Source of the DNA: Bordetella parapertussis
Lineage (GTDB): Bacteria > Pseudomonadota > Gammaproteobacteria > Burkholderiales > JACQAP01
Direction: 5' to 3'
Length of the DNA: 64,000 bases
Assembly: GCA_945900965.1 (NCBI GenBank)
Contig: CAMDKM010000014.1
Location: forward strand, 22,831-86,830
Shown here: piece by piece, positions 26,062 to 35,192 of the stretch
Layout of the letters: every line of letters begins with the position of its first letter
How positions within the stretch are numbered: position 1 is the first letter of the stretch
Position numbers and translations under genes: made by a program
The notes under the pieces: generated by a model
The model's database searches: none
What the model saw: only the letters and a program-made list of their open reading frames with translations
Told to the model about the DNA's origin: nothing

Positions 26062-26813
26062 TCGTTCGCTAGAACCTAGCCCCTAACTCCCAGCCCCTTG
26101 CGTCGTCCCTCGCGCCCAATGCCTGACCGAATTCAACACGATGGATCACAAAGGTAACACGAAGGGCACGAAAGAGAAGCCGGCGAAACGCGAAAATCCA
26201 TTCAGAGAATTGGATCTATTTCTGATTTCAACAGACAGCGTTTCGATATCAACCAACGGTGTTACGGTCTGTTGGGAAGGAATTGCAAACCCAATATGAC
26301 CCCTGTGACCCACGGTGTACCACCTGCGAAATGCGCCCGGACAAACACAAAAGGAACGAGTCTCTTGCGTCGCTCCGGTTCCTTTTCCATTTCGCCCTGT
26401 GGACGCCTTGTTGTGCGACAGAACGCTTTGCTGTCCGCTTCCATATAAAACAGAAAAAACGTGAAATTGTCGTGATATTGCGATGTAGGAGACGACGCTG
26501 GACCACGACGAAAAAAGAAACGGCATACGCAATACAAACGACTCTTGCAAACGACAATCGAAAAAAATCAACAGCGCAGAAAGTGGTGCATGACACCGAC
26601 CGGCGACATTTGCGTCGCAATGAATCGACGGCTTCGAAAAGCGGCATATTTTTCTTCCGGTTTCTATTTTCCCGTCGCTATACTCGATTTCAGAAATGCC
26701 CCGTCCCGAACACGCGAGTTATAAAAGCTGCTCAAGTCCGGTGCCGTATTTTTGAATGGCGATTGTTTCCGATGATTCGGGAAGGATAATTGCCGAAGAC
26801 CAGGAGGTGAACG

Positions 26814-28619
26814 ATGCGACGCTTGTTTCGCTTCAATCAGATTGAGGCAATCTGCGCGGATACTGTGTCCCGCTTTTCGGGTTTAATCCATTTCAGAAAT
26901 GGCTTTCTCATTGCCAGTGTGGCCCTGGCACTTGGCGCCTGCGGCAACAACGGAGACTCCAGTTCTCCAAACGTCGCGCCAGGCGGACCCACTGCGGCAG
27001 TGGTTCCGACCACCCAGCCGGAAGCCTCGCGCTTCCTTGCGCAATCGAGCATGGGCGCCAACGTCAGTTCGATCGACTATGTCAGTGGCAACGGCTACCC
27101 ACGTTGGCTCGAACAGCAGATGGCGATACCCGCCGGATCGCCCCACCAATCCTATCTGGTTAGCGTGATCGCCGGATTGCCGGTCGGCCAGGGGCCGCAG
27201 GATTCGCACGTGATGAACACCTTCTGGAAACAGTCGGCCAGCGCGCAGGGCCAACTTCGGCAGCGGATCGCATTTGCGTTGTCGCAGATCTTTGTGGTGT
27301 CGCTGCAGAATGATGCGGTAGCTGAATACCGGCGCGGGGCGGCCTCCTACCTCGACATGCTGGGACAGCAGGCCTTCGGCAACTATCGCGATCTGCTCGA
27401 AGCGGTGACCCTGCATCCGATGATGGGCTTGTATCTTACTCACCTGCGCAATAGGAAGGAGTCCGGCAACCGGATTCCGGACCAAAACTACGCGCGTGAA
27501 GTGATGCAGCTTTTTTCGATCGGACTTTATCAACTCAATCCGGACGGAACGCAGATATTCTCGAATGGGCAACCCGTCGAAACCTATACCAATACGGACA
27601 TTGCCGGTTTATCCCGGGTGTTCACTGGGTTCAGCTGGGCCGGGCCGGACAAACAGGATGGGCGATTCTTCGGATCGACCACGCCCGCGCCTGATCCGAA
27701 CCGGGACGTCCTGCCGATGCAGGACTATCCAATATTTCATTCCACCTCGGCGAAAACTTTTCTCGGCGTGACTATTCCGGCCCAGAACCCGGCCGATCAG
27801 CGGGCCAGCCTGCGCATTGCGCTGGATACCATAGCGGCGCACCCGAATGTCGGGCCGTTCTTCGGTCGCCTGCTGATTCAGAGGCTGGTCACCAGCAATC
27901 CGAGTCCGGCCTATGTTTCAAGGGTGTCCCAGGCTTTTGATAGCGGAAGTTTCGTCTGGAATAACGGGTGGCGCATCGGCAGCGAACGGCGGGGCGACCT
28001 GCGTGCCACGATCGCCGCGGTGCTTCTCGACGATGAGGCTCGCGACATGAGAAAAATTTCCGACCCAGGTTTTGGCAAAGTGCGCGAACCGGTATTGCGC
28101 CTGAGCGCCTGGATGCGTGCCTTCAACGCCCGGTCGGCCAGTGGCAATTTTCTGCTCGGGACGACCGACGACACGGCCAGTTCACTCGGTCAGTCCGCCA
28201 TGCGTTCGCCCTCGGTTTTCAATTTCTACCGTGCCGGGTACGTGCCGCCCACCACCCCCATCGCAGCGGCCAATCTGATCGCACCGGAGTTCCAGATCAT
28301 TCATGAAATTTCCGTGGTCGGATACGCCAACTTCATGCGCTCCGCCGTGCAATCCGGGGTGGGGAGCAACACGCCGCGCGACATCCTGCCGGATTACACC
28401 GCGGAAATGGCGCTGGCCAACGATGCTGACCGGCTGATCGACCGCATCGACCTGCTATTGACCTACGGCACATTGAGCACTGAAACACGCAGTGCGATCC
28501 AGGACGCCGTGAACTCGGTGCCGATCAGCGCGGCCAATCCGGCCCAGGGTCGGCAGAACCGCGTGTATCTGGCAACTTTGTTCGCACTTTCTTCACCTGA
28601 ATTCCTGGTACAGAAATAG
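26814..28619 (+). CDS. DUF1800 family lipoprotein
   Basis: SD CAGGAGG and lipobox VALALGA-C. HPMMGLYLTHLRNRKE..NYAREVMQLFSIGL is characteristic of DUF1800. It is paired with DUF1501 downstream. Confidence 0.85.
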   Translation: MRRLFRFNQIEAICADTVSRFSGLIHFRNGFLIASVALALGACGNNGDSSSPNVAPGGPTAAVVPTTQPEASRFLAQSSMGANVSSIDYVSGNGYPRWLEQQMAIPAGSPHQSYLVSVIAGLPVGQGPQDSHVMNTFWKQSASAQGQLRQRIAFALSQIFVVSLQNDAVAEYRRGAASYLDMLGQQAFGNYRDLLEAVTLHPMMGLYLTHLRNRKESGNRIPDQNYAREVMQLFSIGLYQLNPDGTQIFSNGQPVETYTNTDIAGLSRVFTGFSWAGPDKQDGRFFGSTTPAPDPNRDVLPMQDYPIFHSTSAKTFLGVTIPAQNPADQRASLRIALDTIAAHPNVGPFFGRLLIQRLVTSNPSPAYVSRVSQAFDSGSFVWNNGWRIGSERRGDLRATIAAVLLDDEARDMRKISDPGFGKVREPVLRLSAWMRAFNARSASGNFLLGTTDDTASSLGQSAMRSPSVFNFYRAGYVPPTTPIAAANLIAPEFQIIHEISVVGYANFMRSAVQSGVGSNTPRDILPDYTAEMALANDADRLIDRIDLLLTYGTLSTETRSAIQDAVNSVPISAANPAQGRQNRVYLATLFALSSPEFLVQK

Positions 28620-28629
28620 GAGATTCGCG

Positions 28630-30009
28630 ATGACTAGCAGCCAATCACGCCGTGAATTCGTCAAACGTGCTTCGGCATTGTCTTTGGCCGGGGCCGGCAG
28701 CCCATTTGCCCTGAATCTTGCCCTCATCGGCGCAGCCGCAGCACAGACGGCGCCCGAATACCGGGCGATCGTCTGCCTGTTTTTGGCGGGCGGCAATGAT
28801 AATTCCAACACCATTATTCCGTACGACCCCACGGAGCACGCCGCCTACGCGGCAGCCCGTCCCGATATCGCGTTTGCATACAATGCCCTCACGCCGACGG
28901 CGACCGCGCCCGTGGCTTCGCAAGGTGGCCGGGCGTTCGCTTTCCACCCTGCGCTGAGCAATCTGAAATCTCTGTATGACCAGGGCAAGCTCGCGGTGGT
29001 CGCCAACGTCGGGCCGCTGGTCGTGCCGACAAGTCTGACGCAGTATCGCAACGGGTCAGTGCCGCTGCCGCCGAAATTGTTCTCGCACAACGACCAGGTA
29101 TCGGCCTGGCAGGCCAATACGCCGGTCGGCGAAGGCGCGGACCTCGGCTGGGGCGGCAGAATGGGTGACCTGCTCGTCGCGCAAAACGGGCTTAGCACCT
29201 TTACCTGCATTTCCACGTCGGGCAACGCCTTGTACCTGTCCGGCCAGACCGTCATCCAGTACCAGGTAGGCGCCAATGGTTCAACGGCCATCAGTGCGCT
29301 ATCGGGCAATCTATACAGCTCGCCAACAGCGGGCGCCGCATATCGCCGCGTAATCATGCGTGCCAGTTCGCACCTGTTCGAAAATGAGTACAGCCAGATG
29401 GTGTCGCGTTCGGTGGCGGCCAATACCCTGCTCTCTTCGAGTCTGCCGCCAGCCAGCACGTTTGCCCTTCCGATCCCCGCCGGCAACAATCTCGCCTCGC
29501 AACTGAACGTAGTGGCCCGCATGATCGCCGCGCGTGGCCCGCTTGCCGTGAACCGGCAGGTGTTTCTTGTCAGCCTTGGCGGATTCGACAATCACGACTT
29601 CCTGGTCGCGGATCACAATTCACGCATGCTGCTGGTCAATGGCGCGATCGGAGCCTTTTACCAATGGATGCAGCAGTTGCAGATGGAAAACAACGTAACG
29701 CTGTTCACCGCGTCGGATTTCGGCCGCACGCTGACCAGCAACGGCGACGGATCGGACCACGGTTGGGGCGGCCACCACATGGTGGTGGGAGGCGCGGTGC
29801 AGGGCGGCAACATTTTCGGCACGTTTCCCCAGGTGACATTCGGCACCAGCGACGACGTCGGCCAAGGCAGCCTGCTACCGACCACCTCGGTGGATCAATA
29901 CGCTGCAACCGTGGCCCGTTGGTTCGGCGTTCCTGATTCCAGAATGTCCGAAGTACTGCCGAACATCGGCAACTTCGGCGCGTCCCGCTATCTGGGTTTT
30001 CTGACCTGA
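28630..30009 (+). CDS. DUF1501 family protein with Tat signal
   Basis: Twin-arginine SRREFVKRASALSLAGAG. The sulfatase-like GGFDNHD..DGSDHGWGGHHMVVGG is typical of DUF1501. Confidence 0.85.
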   Translation: MTSSQSRREFVKRASALSLAGAGSPFALNLALIGAAAAQTAPEYRAIVCLFLAGGNDNSNTIIPYDPTEHAAYAAARPDIAFAYNALTPTATAPVASQGGRAFAFHPALSNLKSLYDQGKLAVVANVGPLVVPTSLTQYRNGSVPLPPKLFSHNDQVSAWQANTPVGEGADLGWGGRMGDLLVAQNGLSTFTCISTSGNALYLSGQTVIQYQVGANGSTAISALSGNLYSSPTAGAAYRRVIMRASSHLFENEYSQMVSRSVAANTLLSSSLPPASTFALPIPAGNNLASQLNVVARMIAARGPLAVNRQVFLVSLGGFDNHDFLVADHNSRMLLVNGAIGAFYQWMQQLQMENNVTLFTASDFGRTLTSNGDGSDHGWGGHHMVVGGAVQGGNIFGTFPQVTFGTSDDVGQGSLLPTTSVDQYAATVARWFGVPDSRMSEVLPNIGNFGASRYLGFLT

Positions 30010-30020
30010 GCGAACCTGTG

Positions 30021-30147
30021 AGGTCAGGCCGCAATACTGTTCGTTTTGAATCCGAATCTCGTTCGGATATCGGAGTCAAAACCTCGCCCGCACGTTCTTT
30101 TATTCTTCCCGAACCGCCTTAATCGAACAGTCTTGAGGCCTGATCCT
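30021..30147. repeat. 23-bp imperfect inverted repeats flanking an ~80-bp spacer with a nested hairpin, in a convergent intergenic region
   Basis: AGGTCAGGCCGCAATACTGTTCG (30021-30043) versus the reverse complement of CGAACAGTCTTGAGGCCTGATCCT (30124-30147). The inner structure is TTTTGA-ATCCGAA-TCTCG-TTCGGAT-..-TCAAAA. Confidence 0.45.
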
Positions 30148-30154
30148 GTCGTTC

Positions 30155-32308
30155 TTACTCCGGCACCCGCACGGAATCGGGCTTGACCCGGGCCGGGAGC
30201 GCGCCGTCAGTCTCGAGCACCGCCATTTCATCGCCCAGAATGTTCACCGCTTCGCTTAACAGGAAATCTTCGGCGCTCTGTCGTGTTTTTTCCGCTGCCA
30301 GTTCATTGGCGAAATTGCGTTCACCGGGCTGCAAGCCATCGTCTGGCAGCGCATTGCTCTTCACGGAAGCGTTCTGCGCGCTCGCATCCTTGCTGTCCTC
30401 GCGGGACCGCAGTCGGGCCTCCTGGGCATCGCGTTCCTTGCGGCGTTCCGCCTCGTTCAGTGAGACCAGGTTCTTGTCGCGCTCCAGCCTGGACAGGGCA
30501 AGGTCTTCCTGCAGGTACTGGAAGTGCCTGTCCTTCTTCACGCGGGCGTCATGCAATGTCGAAAGGGTGGGCAGCAGGCCCTTCAAGTCGCCTTCCGGCA
30601 CATAGTCCGCCGCCTTGATCTGCATCCACGGCAGGGCATTGTCAAAGCTCGATTCGCCAAAATTCTCCGCGCCGAAAGTGGAGGGAAAGAGGATATCCGG
30701 CGTGACGCCGCGCAATTGTGTCGTGCCGCCATTGATGCGGAAAAATTGCGCGATGGTCAATTTCAGTTCTCCGAATTGCGGCTTGCTGTTCCTGGCGATC
30801 CGATCGAGGTCGATCATGGTTTGCACGGTGCCTTTGCCAAAACTCGGTTCCCCGATGATCAGCCCACGGCCATAATCCTGGATCGCCGCAGCAAAAATTT
30901 CGGACGCCGATGCCGAACCCCGATTGATCAAAACGCCGAGCGGGCCGTTCCAGGTAACACTGGGGTTGGTGTCACTTTCCACGGAGATCGCACCGCTGGC
31001 ATCGCGCTGTTGCAGCACGGGGCCTTTGCCGATGAACAGGCCGGTCAGCTCAACCGCTTCTGCCAGCGACCCGCCGCCGTTATTGCGCAAGTCGATCAAC
31101 ACGCTGTCGACCTTGTCCTTTTTCAGTTCGTCCAGCAGGCGAGCCACATCGCGGGTCGCGCTCCGGTAATCGTTAGCCCCTGTTTGCCTGGCGGCGACAT
31201 CCTGATAAAACGAAGGCAGCGTGATCACACCGATGCGGCGGCTGACCTTACCGTCGGTCACGCTACGCACGAAGGATTTGGCGGCCTGCTGCTCCAGGCT
31301 GATCTTTTTCCGGATCAGGGTGACGAGTTTGTGCTTGCCATCGGGGCCGGCGTCCGCAGGCAGGATATCGAGCACAACGACCGAATCCGGTGCGCCGCGA
31401 ATCAGTTGCACCGTGTCGTCCAGTCGCCAGCCTTGGACGTCCGTCATGACGCCGCCTTCGCCCTGGGCGACGCCGGCAATGTGGTCACCGATCTTCAGTT
31501 GGCCGGACAGGCTCGCCGGCCCGCCGGGTACCAGCTCGCGGATAGTCGCGAAATCATTCGATTCCGTCAGAACGGCACCGATCCCGACCAGCGACAGCCG
31601 CATCGAGATGTCGAAATCTTCCGCCGCCCGGGGTCCCATGTAGTTGGTATGGGGCTCGATCGCCATGGTGTAGGCGTTCATGTAGGTTTGAAATGCATCT
31701 GCGTTTGTTACCTGGCCAAGGCGCTTGCGGAAACTGTCAAAGCGCTTATCCAGGATGTCGACGATAGTCTTGTCGTCCTTCCCGGCAAGCTTGAGCCGCA
31801 GCCAGTCGTTCTTCACCCGCTTGCGCCAGAGCTCCATCATCTCCGCATCGGACTTCGGCCAGGCTTCCTTCTCCCTTGAGAACTGGTAGCTTTCTTTCTG
31901 CTGGAAATCGAACCCGGTTTTGAGCAGAGCCCGTGCATACGCAAAGCGCTCGGCCGCACGCTGCTCATAAAGATTGAACATGGCGAACGGAACGGAAAGA
32001 TCCTCCTGCAGGAGAGCCACGCCGAGCCGGGCACGCGCTCGGGAGAAGTTGTCGATGTCGGCCTGGACGAAGAAGAGCTTTTCGGGATCGAGCGATTTGA
32101 GGTACTTGTCGAAAACATTCTGCGACAGCGCGTCGTCAACCGGCGGCATTTTGTAGTGGTAACGGCCCAGCACTTCGGCGGCAAGTTGCGCCGCCCGGAC
32201 TTCCTGAGCAGCGGGTTTCAACTCCGGCAGGGGCGTTCCTGCGTCAAGCGTCGCGCCCTGGGCAAAGGTCGCCAGGAACAGGGTGATCCATAACAATTTG
32301 CGTTTCAT
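30155..32308 (-). CDS. prc: carboxy-terminal processing (tail-specific) protease Prc, S41 family
   Basis: 717 aa with a signal peptide. It has a PDZ region and S41 motifs (GPLGVLINRGSASASEIFAAAIQDY, GEPSFGKGTVQ). SD AGGAG. Confidence 0.9.
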   Translation of the reverse strand: MKRKLLWITLFLATFAQGATLDAGTPLPELKPAAQEVRAAQLAAEVLGRYHYKMPPVDDALSQNVFDKYLKSLDPEKLFFVQADIDNFSRARARLGVALLQEDLSVPFAMFNLYEQRAAERFAYARALLKTGFDFQQKESYQFSREKEAWPKSDAEMMELWRKRVKNDWLRLKLAGKDDKTIVDILDKRFDSFRKRLGQVTNADAFQTYMNAYTMAIEPHTNYMGPRAAEDFDISMRLSLVGIGAVLTESNDFATIRELVPGGPASLSGQLKIGDHIAGVAQGEGGVMTDVQGWRLDDTVQLIRGAPDSVVVLDILPADAGPDGKHKLVTLIRKKISLEQQAAKSFVRSVTDGKVSRRIGVITLPSFYQDVAARQTGANDYRSATRDVARLLDELKKDKVDSVLIDLRNNGGGSLAEAVELTGLFIGKGPVLQQRDASGAISVESDTNPSVTWNGPLGVLINRGSASASEIFAAAIQDYGRGLIIGEPSFGKGTVQTMIDLDRIARNSKPQFGELKLTIAQFFRINGGTTQLRGVTPDILFPSTFGAENFGESSFDNALPWMQIKAADYVPEGDLKGLLPTLSTLHDARVKKDRHFQYLQEDLALSRLERDKNLVSLNEAERRKERDAQEARLRSREDSKDASAQNASVKSNALPDDGLQPGERNFANELAAEKTRQSAEDFLLSEAVNILGDEMAVLETDGALPARVKPDSVRVPE

Positions 32309-32615
32309 TCGTACTCCTGACTGTGGCTTCGCGGGATTGTATTGGGGAGTGTAAACGGCGACCGTACATTGGCACCGCCTGGGTTATGACTCGGTTCGGC
32401 GGAATTCGTTGTGCGGGAATTGGCGGTTTTTCGGGGGTATAGGGTAATACGTAAGGACATCTTAGACGGATTCGATAGGCCGGTGGCAGACCGGCAGCTG
32501 GTCACCTTTCTTGCGCGGCCAAGAAAATCGAAGATTTCAGTGTAGGCTAACCTGCAAGCAGGTTGTGCCGGAGCTGGAGATAACCGAAAGTAAGCCGGCC
32601 CTGGATTCACGCCCA

Positions 32616-33152
32616 CTATTCAGTGGGCGCCCCCGCATTGGGTCGCGACCGATCGAGATGTTTGCACGACCGTTCCTTGCCCCCCGGCGCAACAACGATA
32701 TTGATGATCTCGATTTTTCCCGAACTAGGAAAGGGATTGTCGTTTACATACGGAACCGAACGGAAAATACCTTTTAGAAGAACCCAATTACCGTGGAATT
32801 TGCAATTCCAGAGCTTGAACCGTTTTTGGTGACGTTCGGCGGTCGCATTGTCCGGGAAATTGCCATGGTCAATATCGACCTCAATAACCTCATTGAATGC
32901 GAACCCGTGAAGCCCTCGCGAGAGACCCGTATTCTCGAACGCTAGCGCCAAATGTCCGGCGACTTCGATATGTTTATCGTAGTAGCGCTCCGGTGTGGCG
33001 ACCAGATTGATGATCGATACCCGTCTGAAATGGCAATTGGCGAGCGAGACATTGTCGGCGCAGTTGTTTGACTGTCCCTCATCTTGCGCTATGACGCTGA
33101 AACACGTGATCAAACAGAAAGCCGGAATGAGTAAACAAAGCAGTATGTTCAT
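32616..33152 (-). CDS. hypothetical exported protein (178 aa), low-GC orphan
   Basis: Hydrophobic N-terminus MNILLCLLIPAFCLITCFSVIA-Q. The segment is visibly more AT-rich than its neighbours. No family recognised. Confidence 0.5.
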   Translation of the reverse strand: MNILLCLLIPAFCLITCFSVIAQDEGQSNNCADNVSLANCHFRRVSIINLVATPERYYDKHIEVAGHLALAFENTGLSRGLHGFAFNEVIEVDIDHGNFPDNATAERHQKRFKLWNCKFHGNWVLLKGIFRSVPYVNDNPFPSSGKIEIINIVVAPGGKERSCKHLDRSRPNAGAPTE

Positions 33153-33181
33153 TGCACCTCCTGATCTGTCAGTATCTGGGT

Positions 33182-33253
33182 CCAGGGTCAGGCCTTGTGG
33201 GCCAGGGTCATGCCTGCTCCGCCCTAGAGGGCGAGGGGCGGGGTCAGGCCTTG
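33182..33253. repeat. three direct copies of GGGTCAKGCCTKG
   Basis: CCAGGGTCAGGCCTTG (33182), CCAGGGTCATGCCTG (33202) and CGGGGTCAGGCCTTG (33239), read directly. GGTCAGGCC also forms the arms at 30021/30137. Confidence 0.45.
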
Positions 33254-33319
33254 CCTTTTGCCTGCTTTACCCGAGCGATTAGCCGTCTCACGCGGGATAC
33301 CGGCAGACCAAATTGCTGG

Positions 33320-34756
33320 TCACTGCCCAAGTGAGCGCACGACGTCCGCGACCAGGCGATCCTGCATGAAGCGTTTTCCGTCCGGATCAACACCAGTGCG
33401 CACGATCACCAGATCGTGGCCGGGCACGACGGTGACGTACTGCCCCTTGTTGCCGGCGGTAGTGAACGTCCCTGCAGGCACGCCGGGCATCTGGTCAAGC
33501 AGCCAGAACTGCGCGCCGTAGCCCCACTGCCCTTTGACCGGCGGCTTCGTCGGTGCCGGCGTGGATGAAAACTTCACCCAGCCTTCCGGCAACATTCGCC
33601 TGCCGTTCCACACGCCGTCGTTGGCAAGCAGCATGCCGAAGCGCGCGAGATCGCGCGCCGTGGTGTAGGTCTGGCTGGACGCGACGAAGTTGCCCAGGTG
33701 ATCCACCTCCATGCGGGTGTGATACATGCCGAGCGGGTGCAGGAGTTCGTCGTAGGGATAACGCAGGTACCTGAGGTCGTCGCCCAGCAGGTGGCGCAGC
33801 GCGCGCATGGCGAGCAACGTGTCGTTGTTGGCGTACTTCCAGCGCGCGCCCGGCGCAACTTCGAGTGCCGTGCCGGTTGCGGCACTCACGACGTCCTGGC
33901 CGCCGAAGTACAGGGCGTTGGTGTTCGCGCCGCCGCTGAACAGGCCGCTCGACATCCACAGAAGCTGTTTGTAGGTGATGGCCTGGCGCGGGTCGCCGGG
34001 ATGGCTCCACTCGGGAATCGCGGCCGGTGCTTCAAAATCGAGAATGCCCTGCTTCGAGGCAATCGCCAGCAGCGCAGCCGAAATGCTTTTCGCCGTGGAC
34101 CAGGTACGGTAACCGGAGTAGATGCCGAAACCGGGACGGTAGCGTTCGGCAACGATGCGCCCCTCGCGGATGACGATGACTACGGTGGTCACCGTGCCGC
34201 CTTCGTCGGTATAGGATTTTCCGTCGAAGGCGCGTTCCAGCGCCGGGGCGAGCGCGCGGTACTTCGCATCCAGCCCGTCAGCCGGCAACTCGACCTTGTC
34301 GCCCGCGGGAAACGGCAGGCCGCGCACCTCCGGCGCAGGCGCATATTGCACGTTCGGCAACTTCGGCACGTCGCCCATCGACCAATGGGGCGGCAGGACG
34401 CTGCAACCCATCGAATCCCGGAAGGCCGCAATGCGCACGATCTTGCCCGAGATGTCGGTCGCGGTGACGAGGCGCCGCTTCTCGTCGATCACCGGGTCGG
34501 GATAGCCCAGCCCTTCCACATCCACGAGTTCGACTTTCTTGATGTCATCGAGCGGGCGGCCCGCGAAAAAATGCGCGGAGCAGGTGAAGAGCGCCCGGTA
34601 ACCCGCGACGATCAGCGGTTCCTTGTCATCCGCAATGCCCGCCGGACGCTGGTATGGCGGCTGCGCAGCGAATGTCGGCAGCGCGGCAATCAGCGCAACA
34701 CAAAGCAGCACCTTTCGTGGTCCGCGCACGCGGGGTTTTACGTTTTTACCCTTCAC
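33320..34756 (-). CDS. beta-lactamase-related serine hydrolase (class C/esterase-like), exported
   Basis: S-x-x-K motif in YRTWSTAKSISAALLAIA, a signal peptide, and a GTG start with AAGGAG 6 nt upstream. Confidence 0.85.
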   Translation of the reverse strand: MKGKNVKPRVRGPRKVLLCVALIAALPTFAAQPPYQRPAGIADDKEPLIVAGYRALFTCSAHFFAGRPLDDIKKVELVDVEGLGYPDPVIDEKRRLVTATDISGKIVRIAAFRDSMGCSVLPPHWSMGDVPKLPNVQYAPAPEVRGLPFPAGDKVELPADGLDAKYRALAPALERAFDGKSYTDEGGTVTTVVIVIREGRIVAERYRPGFGIYSGYRTWSTAKSISAALLAIASKQGILDFEAPAAIPEWSHPGDPRQAITYKQLLWMSSGLFSGGANTNALYFGGQDVVSAATGTALEVAPGARWKYANNDTLLAMRALRHLLGDDLRYLRYPYDELLHPLGMYHTRMEVDHLGNFVASSQTYTTARDLARFGMLLANDGVWNGRRMLPEGWVKFSSTPAPTKPPVKGQWGYGAQFWLLDQMPGVPAGTFTTAGNKGQYVTVVPGHDLVIVRTGVDPDGKRFMQDRLVADVVRSLGQ

Positions 34757-34848
34757 CCTTCACTCCTTTATGGTCGAAGACCGGTACCCTTTGGGCACCC
34801 TTCACGGTCTTCGAACCCTTCACCCTTCACCGCTCCCGGACCCTTCAC
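34748..34848. repeat. six CCTTCAC units flanking a 10-bp-stem hairpin (TCGAAGACCG/CGGTCTTCGA)
   Basis: Read directly between the cbpM stop and the hydrolase start. Stems are at 34774-34783 and 34805-34814. Confidence 0.5.
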
Positions 34849-35192
34849 CTGCCTCGTGACCGGGGAAGCTGCGACTGCAAATCCCGCAATTGCGCTTCGA
34901 GTGCATGGATGCGATCGACCAGCATCAGTGCCACGGACAAGGCATTCGCGTCGAGATCGAAATCTTCGCGCAGTCGGCTCACGCGCCGCACCGCGACAAC
35001 GCAGCTTGCGGTAAACCGCCACTGCACAGGCTGAATATCGGCCGGGACCTGCGCATTGATCGGCGCCAGCGCGCCGCTCTCGACGAGTTCGCGCAGGAGT
35101 TCGGGTGCCAGGCCCGAGGCGTCGAGCAGTTCTTCCCATGACACTTCGCCATGTTCGTGCAGCCATTGGGCTTGGGTGAGTTCGATGGTCAT
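34845..35192 (-). CDS. cbpM: chaperone modulatory protein CbpM (MerR-like)
   Basis: 115 aa with an ATGA overlap with cbpA. It shows the typical pattern (..[15 protein letters not shown]....V...R...RL..DF.L...AL..AL.L.D.I..L). Confidence 0.8.
   Translation of the reverse strand: MTIELTQAQWLHEHGEVSWEELLDASGLAPELLRELVESGALAPINAQVPADIQPVQWRFTASCVVAVRRVSRLREDFDLDANALSVALMLVDRIHALEAQLRDLQSQLPRSRGR

Noticed and set aside
26146-26789. Four mutually overlapping ORFs (91-176 aa) in the AT-richer spacer.
   Set aside because: Their composition is implausible (Arg/Lys/Cys-rich), there are no ribosome-binding sites, they overlap each other on both strands, and I recognise no family. I treat the region as non-coding and report it as a finding instead.
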